Source of the DNA: an uncultured Alphaproteobacteria bacterium
GTDB lineage: Bacteria; Pseudomonadota; Alphaproteobacteria; Paracaedibacterales; CAITNM01
Assembly (NCBI GenBank): GCA_903893805.1
Contig: CAITNM010000011.1
Span: forward strand, 32,081 to 96,080
Length of the DNA: 64,000 nt
Direction: 5' to 3'
Shown: one piece after another, positions 45,837-54,490 of the stretch
How positions within the stretch are numbered: position 1 is the first letter of the stretch
Layout of the letters: each line of letters starts with the position of its first letter
The notes under the pieces: generated by a model
What the model saw: only the letters and a program-made list of their open reading frames with translations
Told to the model about the DNA's origin: nothing
Database searches by the model: none
Position numbers and translations under genes: made by a program

Positions 45837-46301
45837 ATGCGCTTAGCTCTATATCAACCAGAAATTCCTCAAAATGTTGGCACCTTAATTCGCTTAGGCG
45901 CATGCGTAGGTGTGCCTATTGATATTATTGAACCCACCGGTTTTGTATGGAGCGATAAGCACCTAAAACGTGCCGGCATGGACTACGCTGATTTAGCAAA
46001 CGTTGAGCGTTTTGAAAGCTGGGATACATACAAAAACCTACAATCAGCTCAACGTATTGTTTTGCTTGATACAAAGGCAGAGCAAAGTTTTTGGGATTTT
46101 GCGTTTCAACCCGATGACATATTAATGATTGGCAGGGAAAGTTCAGGCGTTCCTGAAGATGTTTATCAATCAATTCCTAGCCGGGTGCGAATTCCTATGC
46201 TACCCAATCGACGCTCCTTGAATATGGCTATTGCGGGTGCTATGGTGCTGGCAGAAAGTTTACGTCAAACTCAAAGTGACCATTCCCCCCATTTACGCTA
46301 A
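45837..46301 (+). CDS. trmL: tRNA (cytidine/uridine-2'-O)-methyltransferase TrmL (SpoU family)
   Basis: MRLALYQPEIPQNVGTLIRLGACVG, GRESSGVPEDV and SLNMAIAGAMVLAESLRQ. It is 154 aa from ATG 45837, in the same frame as the upstream ORF. Confidence 0.85.
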   Translation: MRLALYQPEIPQNVGTLIRLGACVGVPIDIIEPTGFVWSDKHLKRAGMDYADLANVERFESWDTYKNLQSAQRIVLLDTKAEQSFWDFAFQPDDILMIGRESSGVPEDVYQSIPSRVRIPMLPNRRSLNMAIAGAMVLAESLRQTQSDHSPHLR

Positions 46302-47136
46302 ACAGCTACACGACTGGTATTTAGATTTACAAAACAGAATTTGCCAATCCCTGGAAGCTATTGAACAAGAGTCATTAGCGCTTGATATTTACAATGCATG
46401 GGAACCGCAACAGTTTGAAAAAAGACAGTGGGATTTTGCACAATCTGGCGGTGGACAAATGAAAATTTTGCAAAATGGTCGCGTGTTTGAAAAAGCTGGC
46501 GTTAATGTCTCATGCGTGTGGGGAGAATTTGCAAAAGAATTCGCAGCTCAAATCCCAGGAGCCAGAGAAGACCCACGATTTTGGGCCTGCGGAATTTCCT
46601 TAGTGATTCATCCGCGAAACCCCTATGTGCCTATTGTGCACATGAATACACGTCATATTGTGACAACAAAATCATGGTTTGGTGGAGGCGCTGATTTAAC
46701 ACCTAGCATACCTTTTGAAGAAGATACCAAAACTTTTCATCAAGCATTTAAAAAATGCTGTGATAGCCATGACCCTAGTTATTATGACAAATTCAAAACC
46801 TGGTGTGATGAGTATTTCTATCTACCCCACCGCAAAGAAATGCGCGGCATTGGCGGCATTTTTTATGATTATCACAACACCAATAACTTTGATGCTGATC
46901 GTGCATTCAACAACAGTGTGGGGCAAACTTTTCTTGAAACCTATCCACTAATTGTGCGGCGTCGTATGGCACAACCGTGGGGCGATACTGAACTGCAAAC
47001 CTTGCAACACAAGCGCGGGCGCTATGTGGAATTTAACTTGATTCATGATAGAGGAACCAAATTTGGCCTGCAAACTGGCGGCAATACTGAGGCGATTTTA
47101 ATGTCCTTGCCGCCCACAGCAAGCTGGGCTGCATGA
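46276..47136 (+). CDS. hemF: Oxygen-dependent coproporphyrinogen III oxidase
   Basis: GGGQMKILQNGRVFEKAGVNVS, RFWACGISLVIHPRNPYVPIVHMNTRH, WFGGGADLTP and YVEFNLIHDRGTKFGL. The start is uncertain (GTG 46276 or track start 46231). Confidence 0.9.
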   Translation: MTIPPIYAKQLHDWYLDLQNRICQSLEAIEQESLALDIYNAWEPQQFEKRQWDFAQSGGGQMKILQNGRVFEKAGVNVSCVWGEFAKEFAAQIPGAREDPRFWACGISLVIHPRNPYVPIVHMNTRHIVTTKSWFGGGADLTPSIPFEEDTKTFHQAFKKCCDSHDPSYYDKFKTWCDEYFYLPHRKEMRGIGGIFYDYHNTNNFDADRAFNNSVGQTFLETYPLIVRRRMAQPWGDTELQTLQHKRGRYVEFNLIHDRGTKFGLQTGGNTEAILMSLPPTASWAA

Positions 47137-47335
47137 GGATTCTATAAAACTGAGCAACGTGGGTGAGCCATAGAAAAACTAGAGAAGATACCCACTACAA
47201 TTTCCCTCCGACTTGATCGTAGAGTCCAGTGGATGATTTCCGGAATTTATAAATATGGATTCTATGGTCGAATCAAGTATCCACACAAGTTGTGAATAAC
47301 CATACCATCATCTGGGTTCTATAACAGGAGCAACT
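47137..47335. repeat. Copy of the MITE-like element
   Basis: Ends CTATAAAACTGAG (47142-47154) and CTGGGTTCTAT (47312-47322) resemble the 33.6-kb TIRs. Internal ATATGGATTC and GAATCAAGT modules match CATATGGATCC and GATCAAGTCG at 33710-33735. Confidence 0.6.
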
Positions 47336-47432
47336 AAGTATACAACCTATTCTTTACGCAAAATTTCTTGTAAATACATTTTTTACATTCCAGACTTAAC
47401 AGGTAAATGGACTACATTAACTGGGAGAAAAA

Positions 47433-48301
47433 ATGATAAGAAAGAATCTGAGATATCAATTACTGGCAGCTTTTTTTATAGGTGCCTTCTTTGGAAGTAA
47501 TCATTTATATTCGGCGGACAGCTCTAATACAAGCAATTCTCAGGACTTTATCGAAAGTAGCGCTACGCAAATGGTGATTACAAGAGACCAATTTAACTTA
47601 GCTGCTACAGAACTTGGTGTTGAATCAGCGGATGAGAGAGACGTTTTATTTCTAAAATGTCATCCTTTTTTATTAATCTGCGATGATGAGCGCGAGCGAC
47701 TACTTCAGGAACATCAAAATTTTTACTTCGTGATAATCCTCTTCCTGCTATTGATGTTAGTGGTTGGAGTCGCCATCAAAAACATTCTAATGGAATTCAT
47801 GATTCATATAATCAAGTAATAGAAAAATTAAGGCAAGAACAACTCGTTGCCGCAAGGCCTATTAGCCAAGATCCAATTTCTGATCAGCAAAGATTATTGT
47901 TTTTAGATAGTAAAAAATTTGCACTACAGGTATGTCAATTTTCGATACTTACGGCATCGCTTAGGCTAACTTCTACCAACATTTCTTTGACTAATAGCGT
48001 GCCTTTCTCAAGTTTCCTTTTAAATATGCAGAAGTATGCTGGGATTAATAGTTTATTGGGAACCTTGGATCTTTGTAGAGGGTTGAATAAGTTGCCTAGT
48101 GCTTTAAGTGCTGCCGGTATTGACACACAAAATACAACAGGTTCTGTTATTTCCTGTTTTGCATGGATAGTAATGCTAAAAAATATTCTCGAAAAAGAAA
48201 GTACATATTTTCCTGGTTTTTATGAAGTAGTTATGCCTTTAGGTCCTGTTGATTTCTTTTGGACGCTTCACAACATGAAGTGTATGCACTTTTGTTCTTG
48301 A
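47433..48301 (+). pseudogene. Hypothetical secreted protein split by a T-run frameshift
   Basis: 47433..47819 has the signal-like MIRKNLRYQLLAAFFIGAFFGSNHLYSA. The frame of 47897..48301 is open from 47690. After the T5 run at 47720-47724 that frame has genome-typical A/T third positions, while the first frame turns G/C-ending. Adding one T gives ..EHQNFLLRDNPLPAIDVSGW... Confidence 0.55.
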
Positions 48302-48351
48302 ACAATTTGAGGGTGATTTAATCAAAAAAATTGAAGTACTGATTTAGTCAT

Positions 48352-48393
48352 AAAGCTTGCCACCATCTCACCCCTGAGGTGGTGGCAAGCTTT
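48352..48393. terminator. Long perfect hairpin between convergent genes
   Basis: AAAGCTTGCCACCA (48352-48365) and TGGTGGCAAGCTTT (48380-48393) form a 14-bp perfect stem. Flanking U-runs are weak. Confidence 0.5.
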
Positions 48394-48454
48394 CCCAAAA
48401 TTCTTCCAAGGCTTTAAATTGATGGATTTTATGGTCACCCAGATTGCGCCGTAG

Positions 48455-49354
48455 CTATAGTGAACCTAAAGAAGATACCACACCTTGCACCAACGCATCA
48501 CGTTCTTCCAACCGCCCGTGCGCTGTTTTTTCTATGGGGCCTTGGTCGTTGAAAAGTACGCATTTCACATGAAATTCATTGCCAGTAATTTGGGCATAAG
48601 CCCCGACCGGGTCATTGCAAGTAAGATTTAGGGCATCAATTATTTGGCGCTCAATTTGAATAGCTAGAAAACTATCTGGGTGATTAATTGCCTGCAATGC
48701 TTGGTCAAAACGTTGGTCATTGCAACGTTTCATAATAGCCAAAGCGCCCTGCCCTGGTGCTGGAATATACACATTAGAATCTAGCAATTTCACATTAGCA
48801 GTAACGCCATCAATGCAACCATTAGAATATAGCCCCATGCGCACAAGGCCGGCCAACGCCAAGATAATGCCATCGAATTCTCCATTCGCATATTTTTGCA
48901 AACGCGTTTGAATATTGCCGCGGCAAGGAAAAATGGAAAAATTGGGGTAATGCAAGGTTAGCTGACGTTCCCTACGCAGTGATGATGTGCCAATGGTAAT
49001 GGTTTTTTGCAAATCATTTAACTGCACATTTGGATTCGTAATAAGCACATCTCTTGGATCGGCACGCAAAGGCACCGCAGCAATTTCAAGGCTATCAGCC
49101 AAAGGGGTTTCTACGTCTTTCATAGAATGAATTGCCAGATCAATATCACCCTGGAGCAGCGCTAAATCAAGCTCTTTTGTGAACAGCGATTTACCCCCGT
49201 GGTCACGCAAGGGCCCATCTATTTTATCGCCAGAACTAACAATAGGCACCAGTTCATAATTGCCATTTATATTCATGGCATCTGCCACTTGCTGCGCCTG
49301 AGCCATTGCCAAAGCAGACTTGCGAGTTCCTATACGAATGGGGCTAGGCGGCAT
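48455..49354 (-). CDS. hemC: Porphobilinogen deaminase (hydroxymethylbilane synthase)
   Basis: IRIGTRKSALAMAQA, GDIDLAIHSMKD, GTSSLRRERQL and ALAGL motifs. Confidence 0.9.
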   Translation of the reverse strand: MPPSPIRIGTRKSALAMAQAQQVADAMNINGNYELVPIVSSGDKIDGPLRDHGGKSLFTKELDLALLQGDIDLAIHSMKDVETPLADSLEIAAVPLRADPRDVLITNPNVQLNDLQKTITIGTSSLRRERQLTLHYPNFSIFPCRGNIQTRLQKYANGEFDGIILALAGLVRMGLYSNGCIDGVTANVKLLDSNVYIPAPGQGALAIMKRCNDQRFDQALQAINHPDSFLAIQIERQIIDALNLTCNDPVGAYAQITGNEFHVKCVLFNDQGPIEKTAHGRLEERDALVQGVVSSLGSL

Positions 49355-49401
49355 TATAAAACCATGCTACTTAATTATGATATGCATCACAAAACTCTAC
49401 A

Positions 49402-49998
49402 ATGAACAGCGACGAAATTCAACGGCTGATCCAGCTTTTAAGCCGGCTTCCCGGCCTTGGCCCCAGGTCAGGGCGTCGCGCTGCCTTGCACCTTTTGCAA
49501 AAAAAAGAATCGCACATGGCACCGCTTATTGAAGCAATTTCTCATGCGTACAGAACCATTCAAACCTGCCAAAAATGTTTCAACCTTGATAGTCACACTA
49601 CATGCAGTTTGTGCCGTGACCCCAAACGCGATCCGCACACGCTATGTATTGTTGAATCAGTTAGTGATTTGTGGGCGATGGAACGTTCAAACACCTACCG
49701 TGGGCAATACTTTGTATTAGGCGGAAATTTATCAGCTATGTTAGGTGTGGGTCCCGATCAATTGAACCTACAGCCCTTAATTGAGAGGGTACAAACTACC
49801 CAATTTATTGAGGCAATTTTTGCCCTAAGTGCAACCCTTGATGGGCAAACCACCATGCACTATGTGCATGAACGCATCTCTCCATATGTGGAAAATATTT
49901 CCAGTCTTGCCCACGGAGTACCAGTGGGTGGTGAGCTAGATTACCTAGATGATGGAACCCTATCAACCGCGCTTACCCATCGCTATAAGGTTGCTTAA
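49402..49998 (+). CDS. recR: Recombination protein RecR
   Basis: LIQLLSRLPGLGPRSGRR helix-hairpin-helix, a C4 zinc finger CQKCFNLDSHTTCSLC, and a Toprim domain. Confidence 0.9.
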   Translation: MNSDEIQRLIQLLSRLPGLGPRSGRRAALHLLQKKESHMAPLIEAISHAYRTIQTCQKCFNLDSHTTCSLCRDPKRDPHTLCIVESVSDLWAMERSNTYRGQYFVLGGNLSAMLGVGPDQLNLQPLIERVQTTQFIEAIFALSATLDGQTTMHYVHERISPYVENISSLAHGVPVGGELDYLDDGTLSTALTHRYKVA

Positions 49999-50136
49999 GC
50001 TAAGGTATTTAATTTAACCTCGAAATAAACCCGGAAGATACCAATAGTTCTCAATTTTTCCAACAACTTCCACCCTCTCCTGGCATGATTCTTGTATATA
50101 AATATATGAAACCAATAAGCAAAAAAGCACACTATC

Positions 50137-51957
50137 ATGCCAACAACCAGCAGTATGGGTAAGGCTATTATCGACCCCAAAGGACAAAAACCCGTACGTA
50201 TTGGGCGCATGTCTGATGGTGTTGATATGCTTGCCATTAGTGAGCAGCTGAAAGAAGCCACAATGGCTGGGGTTAAAAAACAAAGCGATAGTATAGAAAA
50301 AAATAAAGAGGTCGTCCTTCCTGCAATTACTACCCTACAAGCAAAAATTCAAGCATTAAGGACTGATGCGGTTACATTGGGTAATTATCTTGGGAATTTG
50401 CCTGGTGTTGAAAACACTTTTAAGAACTTGCAATCATCTGTTGTAAAATCTGGCGAATTCACCACAGCAAATTATGTTGATGTAACAATTGATAATACCG
50501 TTGCAAAAGCCACGACAACTGCCATAGCAATCCGTGTTACTCAACTTGCAGTTGTTGACTCACGTATTACCAATATACCCACCGTTCTAAAATCTGATGG
50601 TTCAAGTCCTATTGTTTCAGCTGATGATCCACTAGGCATATCAGGAAGCTTCACCATTAATGGGGGCAGCACAATCACCATAGCTGCAACTGACACTCTG
50701 CATTCCGTTGCTTCAGCCATAAATAACTCCAATTCAAATGTGCAAGCAAGTTATACAAAAAATGGCTCAAACTATTATTTAACGCTAAACGGAACCACCC
50801 TAGCAACACCACTTACTTTTGTTGACAGCGGAAACTTACTGCAAACTAATTTTGGAATTAATACAACCACTCCAACTGACGAAGAAAGGCTAAAGGCTAA
50901 AATTGAATGTGATGTCATGGACGGTGCAAATGGCCTGGTTACAAAAACCTATTCTTTCAATAGTAATGTCGTTTCAAATTTAATCCCTGGAGTTACTCTA
51001 AAATTACTAAACACAACAAAAAATAGTGCTGGCGGATACGACAATCTAAACATAAACCTTAGTCACAACACAAAAGAAGCCTGCGATAAAATTGTTGCGT
51101 TTTTCGGGCACTATAATGAAATTCGCGAAATACTAAATCGCAACTTAATGATGGATGAGGAAGGCAAACCCTTAGATCCAGAAGCAGCAATGGTACGGTC
51201 TCCCTTGATACGCAAACTTAACGAAGAATTAAATGCTATTTCTAACTTTAGGTTGGTAGGTGCAAAAGATGATGACTACACCTCTTGCAAAGATATTGGA
51301 ATTGTACGTGATGAAACAGCAAGTGGTTTTGAAGCAGGGACGTTCACCATATCTGACCCTCAAAAAGTTTTAGCTGCAATTAACAACAATTTTGAAAAAG
51401 TAAAAAAATTATTTGGAAATTATCCAACAGTTTCTAATAGTAATTTTTCCGTATCTGACCTAGGGTCAGAATTAGATTCTGCCATTGTAGGACAACCAAT
51501 AACAGTTACTTTCAGCAATATTGGAGGCTCTTACTACACAAGGTTTGCATGTGGAAGAAATGACACTGGAAATATTTTACAAAAAAGTCCTTATCAACTA
51601 GTGGGAAAAAAAGACAGTGTGTTTGAAAAAATTGCCATCGACTACAAGGGGACACCTATAGCTGAAGGACAATCAATAACATTCACAATGACAGCCACCC
51701 AAGGACTTGCCGTTGCATCTGCCAAAACATTAGATCAGACGCTAGATAGTGAAACAGGCGACTTTATAACAGAAGTAAAACGAATAAAGCAACAAAATGA
51801 AAAATCAACAGCGAAAGTTAAAAAAGCCGAAAAAGACGCTGATAGAATTGAAAAAAAATGGATAGCTCAATCTGTACGTGCAGATACCGCACGAACTCGG
51901 TACGAGCAATTTTCACGGCAACTAGACAGTATGTTTAATAGCAATAGAAGAGACTAG
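50137..51957 (+). CDS. fliD: Flagellar filament capping protein FliD (hook-associated protein 2)
   Basis: 606 aa. N-terminal helical region (GVDMLAISEQLKEA..ITTLQAKIQALRTD). The C-terminus (LDSETGDFITEVKRIKQQNEKSTAKVKKAEKDADRIEKKWIAQSVRADTARTRYEQFSRQLDSM) is typical of the FliD coiled coil. It is followed by a FliS-like ORF. Confidence 0.7.
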   Translation: MPTTSSMGKAIIDPKGQKPVRIGRMSDGVDMLAISEQLKEATMAGVKKQSDSIEKNKEVVLPAITTLQAKIQALRTDAVTLGNYLGNLPGVENTFKNLQSSVVKSGEFTTANYVDVTIDNTVAKATTTAIAIRVTQLAVVDSRITNIPTVLKSDGSSPIVSADDPLGISGSFTINGGSTITIAATDTLHSVASAINNSNSNVQASYTKNGSNYYLTLNGTTLATPLTFVDSGNLLQTNFGINTTTPTDEERLKAKIECDVMDGANGLVTKTYSFNSNVVSNLIPGVTLKLLNTTKNSAGGYDNLNINLSHNTKEACDKIVAFFGHYNEIREILNRNLMMDEEGKPLDPEAAMVRSPLIRKLNEELNAISNFRLVGAKDDDYTSCKDIGIVRDETASGFEAGTFTISDPQKVLAAINNNFEKVKKLFGNYPTVSNSNFSVSDLGSELDSAIVGQPITVTFSNIGGSYYTRFACGRNDTGNILQKSPYQLVGKKDSVFEKIAIDYKGTPIAEGQSITFTMTATQGLAVASAKTLDQTLDSETGDFITEVKRIKQQNEKSTAKVKKAEKDADRIEKKWIAQSVRADTARTRYEQFSRQLDSMFNSNRRD

Positions 51958-51966
51958 GATCTGAAG

Positions 51967-52362
51967 ATGTATAACCGATATAAACAAACTTCTATACAAG
52001 GATTAACAGTTAATCAGCAAATTGCGACTGTTTTGAAAGACATTAACAAGAAGTTACAGGAAAGTGAGAACTTATTCAGGTCCTACAAGTTAGCAGCCAG
52101 CATAGATGCCGGAGAAAAAGCTATTTACAAATCGATAGCTCTTTCTAATATCATGGAAGACTACATTAAACAAACCCTAGAACGACATAATAACAATGAT
52201 GAAGTAGTAGAAGGGTTGAAAGAATTGCAGATGCATTTCGATAACCTTCACAAAACAATCAATCAGTACGTGGTAAGACGTAATAAAGATCTATTTGAGA
52301 AAATTACCATCAACTTAAAAGCCATGGAAGATTTTTGGGAAAGCTTGCCACCACCTCAATAA
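51967..52362 (+). CDS. fliS: FliS-like flagellin-specific chaperone
   Basis: 131 aa and helical. It starts Y.Q.S....T..QQI and ends ..AMEDFWESL, similar to the FliS pattern. It lies directly after fliD, the conserved position. Confidence 0.5.
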   Translation: MYNRYKQTSIQGLTVNQQIATVLKDINKKLQESENLFRSYKLAASIDAGEKAIYKSIALSNIMEDYIKQTLERHNNNDEVVEGLKELQMHFDNLHKTINQYVVRRNKDLFEKITINLKAMEDFWESLPPPQ

Positions 52363-52431
52363 GACTGCGGAAGCAAGAATTTTTTTTATGCTAAAAAAAA
52401 CTATTCACTTTAGTTTGATTTTTGTATATGC

Positions 52432-54336
52432 ATGATGAAGAAAATAATTGATACAAAACTTTGTACTATGAACAAAAAACTCGCAATAACGTTACAGATA
52501 CTGAGAATAAGTCTGGCATCGTTTTCTCAGCTGTATGCAACACACGAAGATCTGAAAGATGGTGTTATGCATCTTGCAAGCGCACCTTCTGTGGAGACAA
52601 ACCAACAACGCATAATTGACAGGCTAACCCAAGGAATGAATGCACATGATAAATCCAGTGTGATTACAGCTATGTCTGAAATGCCAACAGAACGTTTAGC
52701 TACTTTTGAAGCGGTAGTGGATCGTCTCTCTGCAGGAATAAATGAAATTGATAGATCCAGAGTGATTAACGCTCTCGCAGCTGTGCCAACCGATCGTTTA
52801 ACAGCTGCTTTTGAAGTGGCAGTGAATCGTTTCTCTGCAGAAATAGCGATAATGAATCGTCCCACTAAAAGACTGAATCAACATAATAAATCCAGAGTGA
52901 TTAGCGCTCTCGCAGCTGTACCAACAGAGAGTCTAGCTGCTTTTGAAGAAGCAGTGAATCGTCTCTCTGCAGGAATGAATGCACATGATAAATCCAGTGT
53001 AATTAGCGCTGTCGCAGTTGTGCCTGCAGAGCGTTTAGCTGCTTTTGAAACAGTAGTGAATCGTCTTACTGAAAGGATGAGTAAAAATAATAAATCCCGC
53101 GTAATTAGATCTGTCACAGTTATGCCAACAGATCGCCTAAACACCCTAATAAATAACTTCTTTACTAACCAGATTTTGCAACAACTTGCTCAATTTGTGC
53201 CTCCAAATGCATCCTGCTCTCTGATAGAAACACTAGCGGCTAGTGAACCAAATACCTGGCAAGCAGAAATTACGCGAGTTATTAATGAGTATAGACATAC
53301 CGCCGCCCCAAATCAGACTGGTGCTGCGTTTGAAGTACATCGATATGCAAACACACAAGTAACAACAAGTAGTAGCGCTAACTCTTCAAGTTCACCATTA
53401 ACCATGAGTTTGAATGATGCTGTAATAGGAAATATGAACGAACGCTTACAAACAGCTGGTATAGCTTTAATACCTTATGTTGATGCCGAAAAGCTTTTGA
53501 ATAGTTGGATTGAAGCAAAATATTCTAATCCCGATGATCAAGTAAAAGCTAAACACGCTGCTTTTACTAAGCTAGCAAGTGACCTGGAGTATGAACAAGT
53601 TATAAGTACTGTAGTTAGTTTTTTACAAAAATTTCATTCTAAAAGTATAGATCTATGGCTTGATGGGTTCTTAAAGGAATCAACGACTGCTTATAAAAAC
53701 AATGGGGAAAGTTGTGCTAAAGGCATTAAAGAACGTGTTGCAACCGGTGTGCGCACCATTGACCCTGAATTAGATAGTATATTCACACAAGCGGAAGGCC
53801 CCGCACTTGCTAGAGCATTTATGGTAGGATTAAATTTAAGTGATACGAAACGCTGCAAGGAAATAACTAAGGAACTGGTAAAACGAGGACTTACAAGAAG
53901 CAGTAGCGCTGTCGAAGCAGCTGATATTTTTGAACGTTATATGAAAGAATCATTTGCTAGCTATGGTGTAGATTCTGCAAAATATAGTACCCATATACGA
54001 CAAATGAAACTTTTGGTAGCTGCAGATAGTGGGTTTGAAGCATTTATTCAGCCAATTTTAAAACAGCTAGAAGACGAAAAATTAAGAGCTATGCAAGATG
54101 CTGAATATGCTGAAAGTGTTGCAGCTGACCTAGCAAAACCTAGCTTTGTTAAACCTGCTGAAATTGTTGCTTCTCAGGTCGCACCTGCTGTTGCTATGGC
54201 ACTATCTGAAGATGAGAGGCGTCGCATAGCACATGAACATAAAGAACAAGAGAAAAAACGAGAACGTACTGCTCGATTATTGCATTTTGGTCAAGTTGCT
54301 CCAAATCCGCAAGAGGACAATTTAAAAGGTAGTTAG
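52432..54336 (+). CDS. Hypothetical protein with five ~34-aa tandem repeats and an unassigned C-terminal domain
   Basis: 634 aa. The likely signal peptide runs from ATG 52468 (MNKKLAITLQILRISLASFSQLYA). The repeats are NRLSAGMNAHDKSSVISAVAVVPAERLAAFETVV-like. The tail is E/K-rich. Confidence 0.65.
   Translation: MMKKIIDTKLCTMNKKLAITLQILRISLASFSQLYATHEDLKDGVMHLASAPSVETNQQRIIDRLTQGMNAHDKSSVITAMSEMPTERLATFEAVVDRLSAGINEIDRSRVINALAAVPTDRLTAAFEVAVNRFSAEIAIMNRPTKRLNQHNKSRVISALAAVPTESLAAFEEAVNRLSAGMNAHDKSSVISAVAVVPAERLAAFETVVNRLTERMSKNNKSRVIRSVTVMPTDRLNTLINNFFTNQILQQLAQFVPPNASCSLIETLAASEPNTWQAEITRVINEYRHTAAPNQTGAAFEVHRYANTQVTTSSSANSSSSPLTMSLNDAVIGNMNERLQTAGIALIPYVDAEKLLNSWIEAKYSNPDDQVKAKHAAFTKLASDLEYEQVISTVVSFLQKFHSKSIDLWLDGFLKESTTAYKNNGESCAKGIKERVATGVRTIDPELDSIFTQAEGPALARAFMVGLNLSDTKRCKEITKELVKRGLTRSSSAVEAADIFERYMKESFASYGVDSAKYSTHIRQMKLLVAADSGFEAFIQPILKQLEDEKLRAMQDAEYAESVAADLAKPSFVKPAEIVASQVAPAVAMALSEDERRRIAHEHKEQEKKRERTARLLHFGQVAPNPQEDNLKGS
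52618..53148 (+). repeat. Intragenic tandem repeat array (about 102-132 bp units, 5 copies)
   Basis: Units start at aa 63, 97, 132, 176 and 210, and the third unit carries a 10-aa insertion. Units 1 and 4 share long identical DNA runs (AATGCACATGATAAATCCAGTGT). Confidence 0.8.
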
Positions 54337-54490
54337 GCTGACATTTAAGTTCAGAAATCAGAGCTCTATGCCATCTTTATCATGCTCTCGAAAGTGGGTA
54401 TCCATAATGATTGTATCACAGGATCTCCAGTCACGTCGGAGAAGACAAGGAAATCATAGAAATGGGCCCTATGACCAAGTCGTAGGGAAA
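54337..54490. repeat. Copy of the dispersed palindromic element family
   Basis: Modules TCATGCTCTCGAAAGTGGGTATCC, GGATCTCCAGTCACGTCGGAG and CCCTATGACCAAGTCGTAGGG are related to those at 56850-56953, 47137-47335 and 33601-33800. Confidence 0.55.

Noticed and set aside
47270-47285. DnaA-box-like string GTATCCACA near hemF, as a possible oriC
   Set aside because: It is a single imperfect box located inside a repeat-family copy. There is no cluster of boxes and no AT-rich unwinding element pattern.
49995-50283. Two minus-strand ORFs overlapping the recR-fliD spacer and the fliD start
   Set aside because: They overlap each other and the fliD 5' end and include a repeat-family fragment. They show no coding-like codon bias.
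52527-53144. Antisense ORFs 52527..52865 and 52878..53144
   Set aside because: They mirror the tandem repeat region of the 634-aa gene. Their periodic open frames are a by-product of the repeats.
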